A DNA stretch of 64,000 nt from Sphagnum compactum (taxonomy: Eukaryota), in the NCBI GenBank assembly GCA_965153455.1, contig OZ234493.1:27332213-27396212 (forward strand), read 5' to 3'. Positions 13,863-26,300 of this stretch are shown one piece after another. Every line of letters begins with the position of its first letter. The stretch's first letter is position 1. Under the pieces are notes generated by a model that had not been told where the DNA came from, made no database searches, and worked only from the letters and a program-made list of their open reading frames with translations. Position numbers and translations under genes: made by a program.

Positions 13863-15311
13863 ATGGCGTTGTTAGTGTCAACAACCAAAACTCAGCAGCA
13901 GCAGGGGGTAGAAGAATTCGACCGCATCAAGGGACCATGGAGCCCTGAGGAAGACGCAGCGTTGCAGCAGCTAGTGGAGAAACACGGAGCTCGCAACTGG
14001 TCGCTCATCAGCAAAGGCATACCAGGTAGATCAGGGAAGTCATGCCGTCTGCGATGGTGCAACCAGCTTAGTCCCTTGGTGCAGCATCGTCCATTCACCG
14101 CGCTGGAAGACTCTGCCATCATTCAGGCCCATAAGCTTCACGGCAACAAATGGGCCACCATCGCCAGGAGTCTCCCTGGAAGAACCGACAATGCCATCAA
14201 GAACCACTGGAACTCTACTCTCCGTCGTCGCCACCGGATCTCCAACAACGAGGAAGAGGAGGAGGAAATTGTGAGCGCCGATGCAGGTCGCAAACGGAGC
14301 AGTATTGAAATCTCCACGGACGGAGGAAGCTTGCAGCAGGAAGAGAGCAGTTGGGAAGTCGATTCACGCAGGCTAAAGAAGTTTGGGGGGAGATTCGACG
14401 ACGATCATGCACAAAGGAACAAGAGGATCAGCTTCAGTGGGCCTGATGATGGCGATGCCCACAGACTGAAGAAACTGAGCTTTGGATCATCCGATGCTGC
14501 CACTTCGACCGTGTCCTCCTTGTTACTGCCATCTGACGATGATGATACCCACCAGAAGCTCAAGAAGCCGCCCGCGAACTTTGGCTCCGAGTCCTCCACT
14601 CTGATGCGAGCTCCTGCCGTATTCCGACCTGTGCCTCGAGCTTCTGCCTTCAATACCTTCACCCCCTCTCCTTCTCCCCCCTCGTACGTCCATGTTTCTT
14701 CTCCAGGCGTTCCCCAGTCAAATATCGAAAGACACAAGGAGACCTATGGCGATCAGGCAGAGACGGGCTCGGATCCAACTACCTCTCTGAGCTTATCGCT
14801 TCCAGGAACCGTTCAGAGTTCCCCCCCTCCATCGGAAGCATCAGAGCAAACGCTGGAAAAGGAGCCACCTATGTCCAAAGGCTCAGCGATGATGATGCAC
14901 AGCTTGATAGACGTCAACAACACGGAAACTTGCGAGGATCTGATGAGCATGGCGGCGAAATCTGCAGTTGCACAAGCCCTAGCTCCCGTCGTGTTTTCAG
15001 CGGCGCAAGGCTTCGGCCCCACAAACTGGGCTTCTTCTTCTTCTTCTTCTTCTTCGTCTGTTCCCTTGAGAAGTTGCTACGGCTTGGACGCGGCTGTGAA
15101 TGCAGCAGGCTTGTTGACCATGATGAGAGACATGGTGGCCAAGGAAGTGCAAGACTACATGACGGCGGCTGCGCAGTCCTCCTGGTCCTGCCTCCCTGCC
15201 TTCCACCACGCCATCGCCGACCACCATGAGCACGGCACGAGCTTCGCTTCCCGCGCACAGCCGGACTTCCTCGGTGCCATGGCCACAACTGCTCCTCGGA
15301 AAGCTTTGTGA
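13863..15311 (+). CDS. R2R3-MYB transcription factor, subgroup 22-like (MYB44/73/77 family), intronless, 482 aa
   Basis: R2 is [12 protein letters not shown]...[17 protein letters not shown] and R3 is [28 protein letters not shown]. It also has an EAR-like [12 protein letters not shown] motif and a C-terminal [14 protein letters not shown] resembling the subgroup-22 EMIxxEVRSYM motif. Confidence 0.95.
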   Translation: MALLVSTTKTQQQQGVEEFDRIKGPWSPEEDAALQQLVEKHGARNWSLISKGIPGRSGKSCRLRWCNQLSPLVQHRPFTALEDSAIIQAHKLHGNKWATIARSLPGRTDNAIKNHWNSTLRRRHRISNNEEEEEEIVSADAGRKRSSIEISTDGGSLQQEESSWEVDSRRLKKFGGRFDDDHAQRNKRISFSGPDDGDAHRLKKLSFGSSDAATSTVSSLLLPSDDDDTHQKLKKPPANFGSESSTLMRAPAVFRPVPRASAFNTFTPSPSPPSYVHVSSPGVPQSNIERHKETYGDQAETGSDPTTSLSLSLPGTVQSSPPPSEASEQTLEKEPPMSKGSAMMMHSLIDVNNTETCEDLMSMAAKSAVAQALAPVVFSAAQGFGPTNWASSSSSSSSSVPLRSCYGLDAAVNAAGLLTMMRDMVAKEVQDYMTAAAQSSWSCLPAFHHAIADHHEHGTSFASRAQPDFLGAMATTAPRKAL

Positions 15312-18300
15312 GCGGCGATCGCTACATCCTCATCGATCATCTTCATCCAAGATTGAGCTGAGCTTTCCCTTTCCCCCGCCCCCAAAATCATCCTTCGCTT
15401 TTTTTCCTTGCTTTTGGGCTCATGAAAGGCTTCTGGATGAGCTTTTGGGGTTTCATGAAAGGCTAGCTCCTCATCCTGTACATACGTGTTGTTGTGATGC
15501 ACAAGAGCTTTGGGCTTTGCAACTCCCCTCGAGTGAGTTCAGTTGGGTTATTTATCATCAAAGGCCATTGACCTGTCTTTGAGATATCATCCCCAACAGA
15601 AAATGTTTTTTGAGTTTTTGGTTTGTCATAGATATTGTTTTCTCCTCTCTCTGTCTCTCTCCTATTTGAAACCCACCCTAAATCATAAGCCACCAATTCT
15701 CCCTCTTGGTTCACAACATTTTCTTAGAAACAAGGATTGGTGGATTCTTCTTCTTCTTCACAAGAGGAAATTTATTTACATGATTTCCTTTCATTCCCTT
15801 TCCCAATGGTGGGGAGGGATTCCCAAACTCTCTTTGCAACAAAGAAAGACTATTAGGTAGTACCTTGTCCACAATTATCTCTAGTAGTCTAGAACCCATT
15901 TTCCTTGTCTCTCAATCAAACTCATTCCCAAAATACTGGGAAATGTTCGTTCCTCAAATAAAAGCATCAAGTTTTTTAAGGTGCTTAATTACATAGGGTG
16001 CATAGCACTCCTTCTTGTATACATATGTTCCTTCGACATGCACTTCTTAGCTAGCTCAATACTTCCTTTCTTGACCTAAGAGTAGATCACAGTGGAGATC
16101 CATTACCCACAATATTCTTAAGTTCCCTCAGCCTTTCCCAATTCTCATAACTGCAAAGATTTCAAAATTTCATGATCATCTGTAGTCGAGATTGGTTACA
16201 TAGTAGGGTTGGTTGTCCGATACTCTTCTCTCTGCTAGCAAAGCCTTCCATTCTTTGCAAAGGAAGGCACCTCCGGCATTCTATTTAGTGTAAATAAATG
16301 AGCAATAGAAATAGTTACTAGGGTTAGGACTAGTTGTGAATATTTTGAGTGAGACCCACCCCCCATTGTTCCTGTTGTTAGTCTCTCTTTGTACATACAT
16401 GGTTTGTTAGGGTGGTTGTACTTGTCCCCAGTTGCACCGCCCTCCTCTTGGTGTAGATAGATAGATATCTGCATTTCAATTGCAAGAACAGTACAGATAA
16501 TGGATTGGGAAGAGTGTTCAAAACTGTACAGTTATTCTGATTTCCGCGAAAGCTTTATACAAATTTTGCACTAGTTCATGGTGCCCTAAATTTGTTTCCA
16601 GGTGATGTGATAATGGTGGAACCATTGATGTAGAATTTGCAGATAAATTACACACAGTTTGTAATCTTCTGGTTTTCTTCAATTTCAAAGTTAGTAATTT
16701 GTTGTGACATTTTGAGACGGGTTGTGGTGTTTGCCAAGAGAGGTATGATCCAGTGTTGGCTAGATATTGACTTTTGATGCGGTCCAGGGCAGCATGTGAA
16801 CTAACCGATCTGCTGGGGTCCCAACTTAACTAAGATCCAGTTAAGACCATTGCTTGTCATCCACCAACCCATTATGCACAAGTAACTCAAAGTTTGTATC
16901 AACAAACATGCTGCTGCCAACTTGCCAAAAAAATTTGGGTTGTGGGCCCATTGGAAACTAAATACTGAGCAGTTGATCAGTCTGACTAGAACATCTGTTC
17001 AAGTTGCTGACATCAAGTGTTTCTTCACTTGGGGTGGGGTGTCTTATTGAACTCATGACTCTCAGGTGGTCTTGAATGCAAATTTGTTTTCAATTTGAGA
17101 AGTGCTGCTAATTCTTGTGAGTAGTGCGGACTTGCCTGTTCCTTCTGTTCGGAAATGTTACTAGTTAGATGTTTAGAAACATTACTTTGCTTCATGTAAT
17201 TAGTAACTAAATCAGGTAACAAAACTAGGTGGATTAGATTCAAGAGCACAAAGGCGAAGCTATGAAATAAGAAGAACACTCTCACGAGCTGCTATAGGAC
17301 ATTGCATCACCCTTGCAGTGCACAGTTGATATGACTGGGTTATATTACTTGTACAGAAGTTTGAAAAACTGTGGATTTGGTGTTATTTGATGCTTCACTG
17401 AAGCTGGATTCACAGAGAGGCAGTAAGGAGATTAACCGTAACTCTATCTCACTCACTTCGAAGGAACGAAATAACTCAAAAATTGAGTTGGCAAGTGACA
17501 TGTCATGGGTGTCATGGAGGGATAAATGCCTTTAAATATCCATATCCTGACAAATAAATATCTGCAATGTTTAAAAGATTGGCTTACTGTGGAATAAGGA
17601 GGTTAGTTTGATCCCTTGATTTCAAAGGATTTAAATATCCCCCCTCTACTTTCTCTCAACCACCTATGATTTAAGTGCCAGTGAAATTTGCCATCTTAAA
17701 ATTTTCCACCTTAGGTCTGAACTGCTCAATGTAGAGAGTGACATTAATCATCTGGTTGCATTATTCCCCTTGTGTGAACAGTGTAAAGGTTTGTTTAATG
17801 ATTTTAATCCCCAACCAAAAAGAGGGTTAAATGGATCTCAAATACCTCTAAAAAATCCTCTACTCTCCAGTGGTGTGAATCGAGCTTTATTGGCTCTGTC
17901 CTACAGAGACATTGTGGGAACACCTTTTGAGCGGGTATAGGGGCCGGAGAATCAGAGGTAGGCTGAATGGATAAGTTTAGGTGTCAGTTTTTGAAAAAAA
18001 GTTGGGTGAGGAGAGCACAGGGGTTTTTTTTTTTTTTTCATCTCTCGAAGGGTTTTTTTTTAGATGTGAGGGTTTTAATGAAATTGAAAATGAAGATGTT
18101 TTATTAAGTGGTATTGGGAGGGGTAAGGAGTTTTTTTTTTCAAGGAGTTATTTCTTGGGTGAGAAAAAAGGGGGGTTTTCCCTTTTTCTCCTTTTTTTCC
18201 CTTTCTCATAATATGGTAACTTAACAAGGATGTTTTCCCAATCAAATATTTTTAAAAAATCAATGTCATTTTTGGGCAACACCAAACATGGCAAAATTTC

Positions 18301-19183
18301 AGGATAAAATGATTAATTTCAAAATTGTAAGAAAAAAAAATCTTGTTTGAAATCAAACATTAAATACATTTAACCAACAATTGAGAAACAATTCAATTTC
18401 AATTTTTTGTGTGACCAAAATTTTCATGCAAGTGACCAAAGAATTGAATATGTGTGTGTGTATGTGTGTGTACTGAATAGATATATATTGAAGTGAAAAT
18501 GAAAATAATGGTTTAAACAATGGAAAAAAGTTGAAGGTTAAAATCTTGTATTTCAAATTCAAGTTGAAACAACTAAGTTTTTGATGTACCCATGGATTGC
18601 ATCATTAAAATTCATAGGATACCTTGTTCATTATTAAACCATAACTTAGTCATCAAACCATGAATATGATTTTTTATTGTTAAGTTGCACTCAACCATGT
18701 AGTTAGAATTAGTTGCAGCCAAACACACTAGTAAAAGGTTTAGGTTAAATTTAGGGTTTCAATTAAATTTTTGTCCCATACTAAAGATTACATTGTATGT
18801 TTGTTATTTCTCTTTCTTCCTAGCATGAACATGGTGTTTGACTTAAGCTTTCATTTGTATTGATGTTTTTTGCAAGCTTGAGTTTTTTCAAATGTGTGTT
18901 ATTACAATTGTGTATTTGTTAAGTCCCAGTTTTTTGCTATTTCGTTTATTGGTTGTCAAATTCATTTTGTTAAATTTTATTTATTTTTATTGCACAATGG
19001 CTGTTGTTTTGGTGAAAGAAGTTCGATTAGCTATTGCGGTGGATGATTTGGATTTTGGAGTTAGAAATGTTACATTTGAAGCAAAAATGTTCAATAAGTA
19101 TGGCACCTTTGATTAAATTGCAAATAAAAGCATGGAAGATTCGGGCTATGCATATTTGCACATGATTTGTTGGAGAGGGCAGT

Positions 19184-20102
19184 TGTCACAACCCTAGCCT
19201 TGGGCTCACAATCAAAGCAAGGGCATGGAAAAGTGTGGGCTGAAAATGCAACCTGGAAATCACATTCACATTCTTGGGAGTGCAAGGGAGTGTGAGGGGA
19301 TGAACCCAACAATTCCTAAATGGACTCCCATTTTGGGAGTTGGAGTCCTTATGGACTCTCAAATTTTTAGAAAACGATTTGAGGGGACAAAACTAATTAG
19401 ATTGAAAAGTTTCTGATATCATTGGAAAGCTTTTGAGAGTAGATGTTTAAAATGGGCTCGCATGATGCATTTGAATATTTAAAACAAAAATTACGGTTGA
19501 AAGAAAGGTCGGGAGTCAAAATGTCAATTTGACTTTTGACCACTAAAAGTTAAAAATCACCTTGAATTACGTGTGTGCAGGTGTCATGTTACATATCGTT
19601 GGAAACCTTTCGATGAGGGCTACAAATTTGCTTTAGTTTTTAACTCAATCAGAGGTCTGAAAAATAAGTTGTTGGGCATCCAAAGTGGTAGGAGTCCCAA
19701 TTTCAGAAATTTCGGGATCCCCAACTTGGTAGTCCCAAGAAAAATGACATTTGGGTGTAACCTCCATGTCCAGTCATAGAGAATACTATCAGGGGAAAGG
19801 TGGTGACTTCTCTCAAATCGGGGCTATGGTGAATCCTATGAGTCCATGTATGCCCGTGGCTCGTCCGTGCACCAAATGTGCTCCAACTATGCACTAATCA
19901 ACTTGTTGTTTGGTTTGTATAGGTCCATATGAATAGTTGACCCGCTTGTCACTCGTTCTAGTCCCCGTGCTGGAGCTTTAGCACTCCCATCTTACCTTTG
20001 AAATGTTGTGAGCTAAGGAATGTACCCCAACTCCTTCTTCTTCCATTGTTTTCACTCTCGAACTCGCATTTGAGTCTTTCAAAGAATTTTGGGGGTGCAT
20101 CA
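19184..20102 (+). mobile_element. Solo LTR, about 919 bp
   Basis: Starts TGTCACA and ends GCATCA (TG...CA). It is flanked by gcagt and gcaat, a 5-bp TSD with one mismatch. Related degenerate copies occur elsewhere in the window. Confidence 0.8.
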
Positions 20103-20919
20103 GCAATTCTGACCACAATCACTTTCAAAATCAAATCACCTCATATAAATATGCATGAGCAATATTTACAAAAAAACATGTTTGTGAAGGTTGAAAATTT
20201 TGGCATTAAGTCAAAGTCCAAAAGGAGATTTGACAAAGGTGACATCCATGTTGTCATTACATTGAGTTTATGACCATTGTGTCAACCATCATTGTTATTG
20301 AATTAGAGTTAGTTCCCATGTTTTTCCACATGGGTTCCATTAGAAAATTCAGAAATTCTCTTCAAAGTTGGAGCTCTACTATTACAGTTGTCGTCGCTAT
20401 TGCTGTAAGGGGATGAGGGAATAGCAAAGGTGAAAAATAGTTATTAATTGCAAATGGAAAAGGTGAATTTGACCAAAATGTTCTTACTTTTGGCAATAAT
20501 TTCATAACAAAATATGAACAACTTTTTGAAGTATATAATGGAGGCCAATGTGATACGATCTTGATAAAAAAATGTGGCAACAACATCCAAATGAGATCAA
20601 TATTTGAAAGCACAACAATACACAATTCTCACAAAAGTTATTAATGAGGCTATTCGAGTTCATCTTCTTAAGTTGCACAACAAACTATCAAAGACTGGAC
20701 ATGCACTAAAAGAGGTAAATTCCATTCTCATTTTTTTCAAAGACATTTTGAAATTCTTTTTCAAAGTTAAGGAAAAAAAATTCAATGGTGCCAAATGTTC
20801 ATCTATAAATCATTTATACTAAAAAAATAATGAAAATGTTAAGATAATTCAATTTAGATAATTAAATAATATTTAAAATAATTAAAATTAATAGTAATAT
20901 TATTATTATATTATTAACC

Positions 20920-21400
20920 GGATGGACACCTAATTGGGCCATAAAGACACAACTGAATGGGCACCCAATTACATTGTAAGGAAACAATTGGGTGGCCATT
21001 TAATTATGCCTTAGGGACATAACTGGGTGCCCAGCCGATTATGTCCCTAGTTAAGGATTTTTTTTTCCTTTCTAACAATTGGATGGTGCCCACCCAATTG
21101 TGTCCCTAGGGTTTTTTGGTTTATTTTTATAATTGGGTGGGTGGCCACTTGATTGCACCTTAGGGACAGAACCAATGGCACCCAATTGAATCCATAGGGC
21201 TTAATTGGGTGCCCACCTAGTTGTGTTTCTAGGGAACAAAAAAACCTTTAAAAAAAACTAATCAAATAGCCACCCGATTGTGTCCCTCCGAAGGGGAAAA
21301 AACCATTTGTTTTTAATACAATCAGGTGGCCACCCGATTATGTCCTTCCCAAAGGAATTTTTTTTAATAATCGATAGGCCACCTAATTGTGTCCTTCCTA
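20920..21400. repeat. Array of AATTGGGTG / CACCCAATT and gtccctagg motifs in both orientations
   Basis: More than ten imperfect copies, often forming short palindromes such as aattgggtgcccacc. Confidence 0.65.
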
Positions 21401-22124
21401 ATGGGAATTTCTTTTTTCTTGAGTTTTTTTTTATAAATTTTATTAAAAAAAAATTTCGCATTCTTCATTACTTTTTTGTTTTAGCATATTTTGTTTTTAT
21501 TTTTCAAGTGACCGGGGTGTTGTCCGTAGTTAGCCCTACTGCACTTCCATTCCAAAAAGTGTGTGGAAATTGTCATGTAATAGATGTCATCATTTGCTCA
21601 ATGGGTGATGTTCATTGTAATGCTTGTCGTTCAGAATCAAAGGTTCATAAATTAGGTTTCCTTCGGGGTTCCATTGCAACCAATGATGGACCTATATTAT
21701 TGACCATTGAAGGAAAATGGCTTGAAGTAGTTATGCATATCACAAAGTTTAAATTCCTAAATTTGGCTTGTCCAAAACAAGTACAACTCTTCATTTCAAT
21801 TTGTGTTTGTGGTAAATTTCAATTGTCACCACATTTGCTGTTGTCAGTTTCCAAAAAGACATACAACAATTTATTTCAAAAGTAGAAAGAAATTTGAATG
21901 TTGAAAGGTTGGTTGCTCTTTTGGCAATTAGTTCCAATGATGATGTCCAGCGTAATTTGAAACACAAGCTTCATTTTGATGAGTTGAAGTAAGTTTTAAA
22001 TAGGAACCTTTCTAAACATTACGGTTGTTGATTACAATTTTTGTGCAACCTTTCTATAATTACCTTTAGTATATGTGAAAATTTCCTATACCATTTTTTT
22101 AAATTTCCTCTTTTTGGATACTTG

Positions 22125-22590
22125 GAGCAATTTTTCAATATAAGCAATTTTTAAATACAATTATTTTTTTAATCCAAGAAAATTTTCCTTCCAATCAAGT
22201 TTTTGAACCAAGCAATTTTTCAATACAAGTAGATTTTCTATCCAAGCAATTTTTGAATCCAAACAATTTTTCAATCTTGTAGTTTTTCCATCTAATCCAT
22301 TTTTGAATCCAAGCAATTTTTCAATCTTGTAATTTTTCCATCTATTCCATTTTTGAATCCAAGCAATTTTTCCATCCAATCAATTTTTGAATCCAAGCAG
22401 TTTTTCAATATAAACAATTTTTTCATCAAATCAAATTTTGAATCCAAGCAATTTTTAAGTACAAACAATTTTTTCATCCAATCAAATTTTGAATCTACGT
22501 AGTTTTTAGTACAATCAACTTTTTAATATAACTAATTTTTCAATACAATCAATTTTTAATATAAATAGTTTTTCAATCCAAGTAGTTTTT
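22125..22590. repeat. Minisatellite built on ttgaatccaagcaattttt
   Basis: Many imperfect ~14-bp units with higher-order repetition. Confidence 0.8.
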
Positions 22591-22779
22591 AAAAAAATAC
22601 TTCAATGTAAATAGTCTTCTAATGAATCATTGGTTACTTGTCATTTTGAATGTGTATGTGTGAGGAAGGAAATTTTTATTGTTTATATATTTGGATTAAA
22701 TTAAAGTTCATAATAACGGAAAAAACTTTATCATATTTTGTTGATTCATCATTTAAACACGTTACATTCATATGGTTTT

Positions 22780-25700
22780 CGTTTGGTTTCAACATATAAA
22801 TATGAAAGAGACAATTTTTTTTTGATTATATATCTTATTTATTGGATAATCATTTGTCATTTCTTCAATTGAAGCAAAATAGCATGGCACATTTAAATGA
22901 TTATTTATTATTGAATACAAAAAAACCCAACAATGTTGTATTCAAGAATTAAATCCTAGTTTTTTGTTTGATTTACATTAAGGTTTGGTGACAAATGAAC
23001 ATAAGTATGTGACAAAAATGACATTATGTGCTACGTTGGGAGGTTTGTGGGGAGATTTCATTGCAATATTTTGGATAGCTGAACATTTACAAAGGTCAAT
23101 TTACATTTGGAATAAAATATCAATACACATTATGTCTCAATGTGAAATGGGTTTTTAATCTATCCCCTTACATTTAGTTTACAACTCTTAACATTTTGAG
23201 TCAATTGAATATGTTAATGGTCTATCTTGGCCTTCACCTATTTTTCAAGCAAATGTTCCCGATGTTCATATAGATTTGGATGATTTTTCATCTTTTTTGG
23301 AATTAATGATGCAGAAATTTCAAACTCAATTCTCACAACCAACTATGCATTTATATTGGAATGAAAATTACATACTTGACTTTACATCAATCAAAATTTT
23401 GAAACATAGTTGGGATTCACAATTGCAAATATGTTGTTTCCTTGTTCAACACTTTTTGCAATACAAATATTACCAAAAAAAGTAAAAATCTATTCAATAT
23501 TTACACAAAAAAATGAGAAACAATATAATATTTTTTTTATCAATTATGAGATTTTGTCTAGTCAATCTGTTTGAAACCAAAGTTTAAGAAATACCTAAAG
23601 TTCAAATGGAACATTTTCAAGATTCAATTGTTGATCCTAATATAACACATAGAAGAAAAAGAGAATATTTTAGTTGGGCACTTTATGATAATAATATTTT
23701 TGAAGTATTAGTTGTTTGTCCAAATCTTACTTATTTTGAAAAAACATCGAAATTCATTAAAAAAACAAGATCACAAATTATGAACACATGAAATATATAT
23801 ATATATATATCATATGAATCTTCCATAAATGACAAAATTGAATCATCATATATCCATTGTAAAAGAAATTAAACAACAATTTTTTGTGAAATATGATGTT
23901 TAATTAGATAAAATAAAACGTAATGTTAATATAAAAGAAAATTCAAAAATAAATATACATTGATATTTATAATTAAAAAATCCAAGATGTTCCCATAATT
24001 CCATGTTTTAATTCTGAAAGGTTAAGTTTTTAAAAACAACTTAAATGTTTTTCAAACACATTATCAAGACAACTTTCTACATACTTTCAAATTCAAATAG
24101 AACCTAACCCCACATCATACATATGTACAAGTTTTTTACATAATATATCAATGAAAATAAACCTCATTTATATAAAATATCGAATAGAATTTCCAAAAAT
24201 AAAATCAGTCCATTAATCCAAAAATTAACATAATTAGAAAAATGTCTTATTTCATCAGGTCTTGTTTTTGTTCAAATTTATAAAACATATGGGTATGGGT
24301 AATGTTATTAATGTCCTTGCAAACATGAACAAAACTCAATCAATACTACCACATCTACCACACAATGATGCAACAATAGGTGTGTTTCTTAAGTGATGTC
24401 TGGAAACAAATCATCTTCTATGTCAAGAAATGTTCATCCAAATATGGTGATGATTGCTTTATGAGATTTCATTGGAACGCCATAATATAAAAATTTGAAT
24501 GCTACCATCATCAACAACGGGCAAGTTTGTTTATTTTGCATATGGATTTTGAATCCCAGATTTTTAATTCTAATGATGCATTATCTGATAATTCTAATTG
24601 CGATAATGAAGAATTACATCGTACACCAACATATTTGATGATACATAACTTTTTGGAAGTTCCAAAAATAATGGATTATATATGCCCCAAATCAACATTT
24701 TCACCTTCTAGGTTTATTTAAAAATAAACATTCAGAGCAACTAATTTTTTTAACATTGTTGTATGGCCAACCTCAATAATTTTAGAAGGTTTTTTGTATC
24801 AACAAATAGTTCAATGGGAATTACTTCATAAATCTGGGATTTTTCAACCAATATTTTTCACGATTTTTTTAAAAAAGTTGTTAAAGTTTCCATACAAAAA
24901 GTCATAGGTTCAAGTTGGGTGTGAATATGAAAAGGAAAATTATGTGGCAGAACCTTAAAGTTCTCAAGTACAAGATAAAACAAACTTAAATAATATTTTC
25001 AAATCATACTAAGGTTATCATGATTTACAAGGCTTATGTAATTCATTTGATTATTTTGAAAAGTTACGAAAGAATTTATTTGCAATGATCAAGCAACGTG
25101 GTCCATCAACGTTCTTTGTCACTTTTACATTTGTTAAAAGATTATGGGATCATGTCATTAAAGCTTTGCACACATTACATGTTTCGAAATTAAATCTCTC
25201 AAATAAAATAGAAGACTTACAATCATTTCATATAACAAAATTGATACAAAGTGACCTTATCACATGTTCAAGATATTACAATCATAAAACATCTTCTTTC
25301 CGCAAACTCGTAACAAAAGACCATTATATTTTTGGGCATATTTCTGATTTTTATTTTGTCTCTAAATTCCAAAATCGTGAAAATGAATATAACCATGGAC
25401 TTTGATGGATTAAAGATGTGCCTATGTATGAAGTGCACACAAATGAATAAATTGAATAGTTTGTATACATGTATATTTTTTTGTGATGTATCATTGTTAC
25501 TAAATCCATTGCAAAATGCACAACAACGTCAACACACACTTACATGTAAGAAAAAAAACATGTTGTTTGTAGATTTCATTATCCATCACCTCCCATGCAT
25601 GAAACAAGAATTTTAGAAACATTTCAAATAAATGGAAATTATCCATTTTCACAACAATGCTTCCATACACAAGCAAAAAATATATTTTGATCTTTGAAAG

Positions 25701-26300
25701 ATTTAAAGAAAAATGAAGATATATCATTTTCTAAATTATTTGAACCTTGATGAAAACACACATATATTAAGTTTGAGAAGCAAATTAACAAAGCCACACA
25801 TTTTTTAAAAACGAACTCTTAGAAACATAAAAACAAATGCATGTAGTACATGTGTTGTTCATTTGTGGTTTGCAAATACAAATATTCAATTTATCTTAGA
25901 CCCATATGTAGATGCAACATGTTGCACATCATATATGACAACAATAGATAAATCAATAACATCATAACTACATTCTATCATACAAAAATGTATTGCAAAT
26001 AATATAAATGCAAATACAATAATTCAAAAGTTGGGTAATGTTTTTCTGAACACTCAACAAATGGTTGTTCAATTTTTTTTATATCTTGTGCTTTCTTTAC
26101 CATTATATCATAAATTTTGAACATTTTAATGCATCAACATTTTTCCTTTTGAAGAATGTGTTTTTGTGTTAAACCACAAGTTGCATTAAATGAATTATAT
26201 TAAATTCATCTAATATAATGTGTTCATTGATCATAGATAAATATTAATCGTCTTAATCAATATGAATCTTTCACTGAAAAATTCAACTTTGTCATGCATA
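22780..26300 (+). mobile_element. Decayed Helitron-type rolling-circle transposon (OTU-like protease, DUF6570-like region, Rep); no helicase seen
   Basis: Rep-like motifs: MIKQRGPSTFFVTFT..W (25085), SKFQNRENEYNHGL*W (degenerate HUH), QRQHTLTCKK, RFHYPSPPMHET, WFANTNIQFILDPY and KLGNVFLNTQQM. Upstream are LEKCLISSGLVFVQIY (~24235) and OTU-like WGDFIAIFWIAEHLQRSIYIW...LHLVYNS*HFE (~23048-23200). Stops and frameshifts throughout. Confidence 0.75.

Noticed and set aside
22161-22477. ORFs with repeated LKNCLDSK peptides
   Set aside because: They result from a minisatellite, and the frames shift between units.
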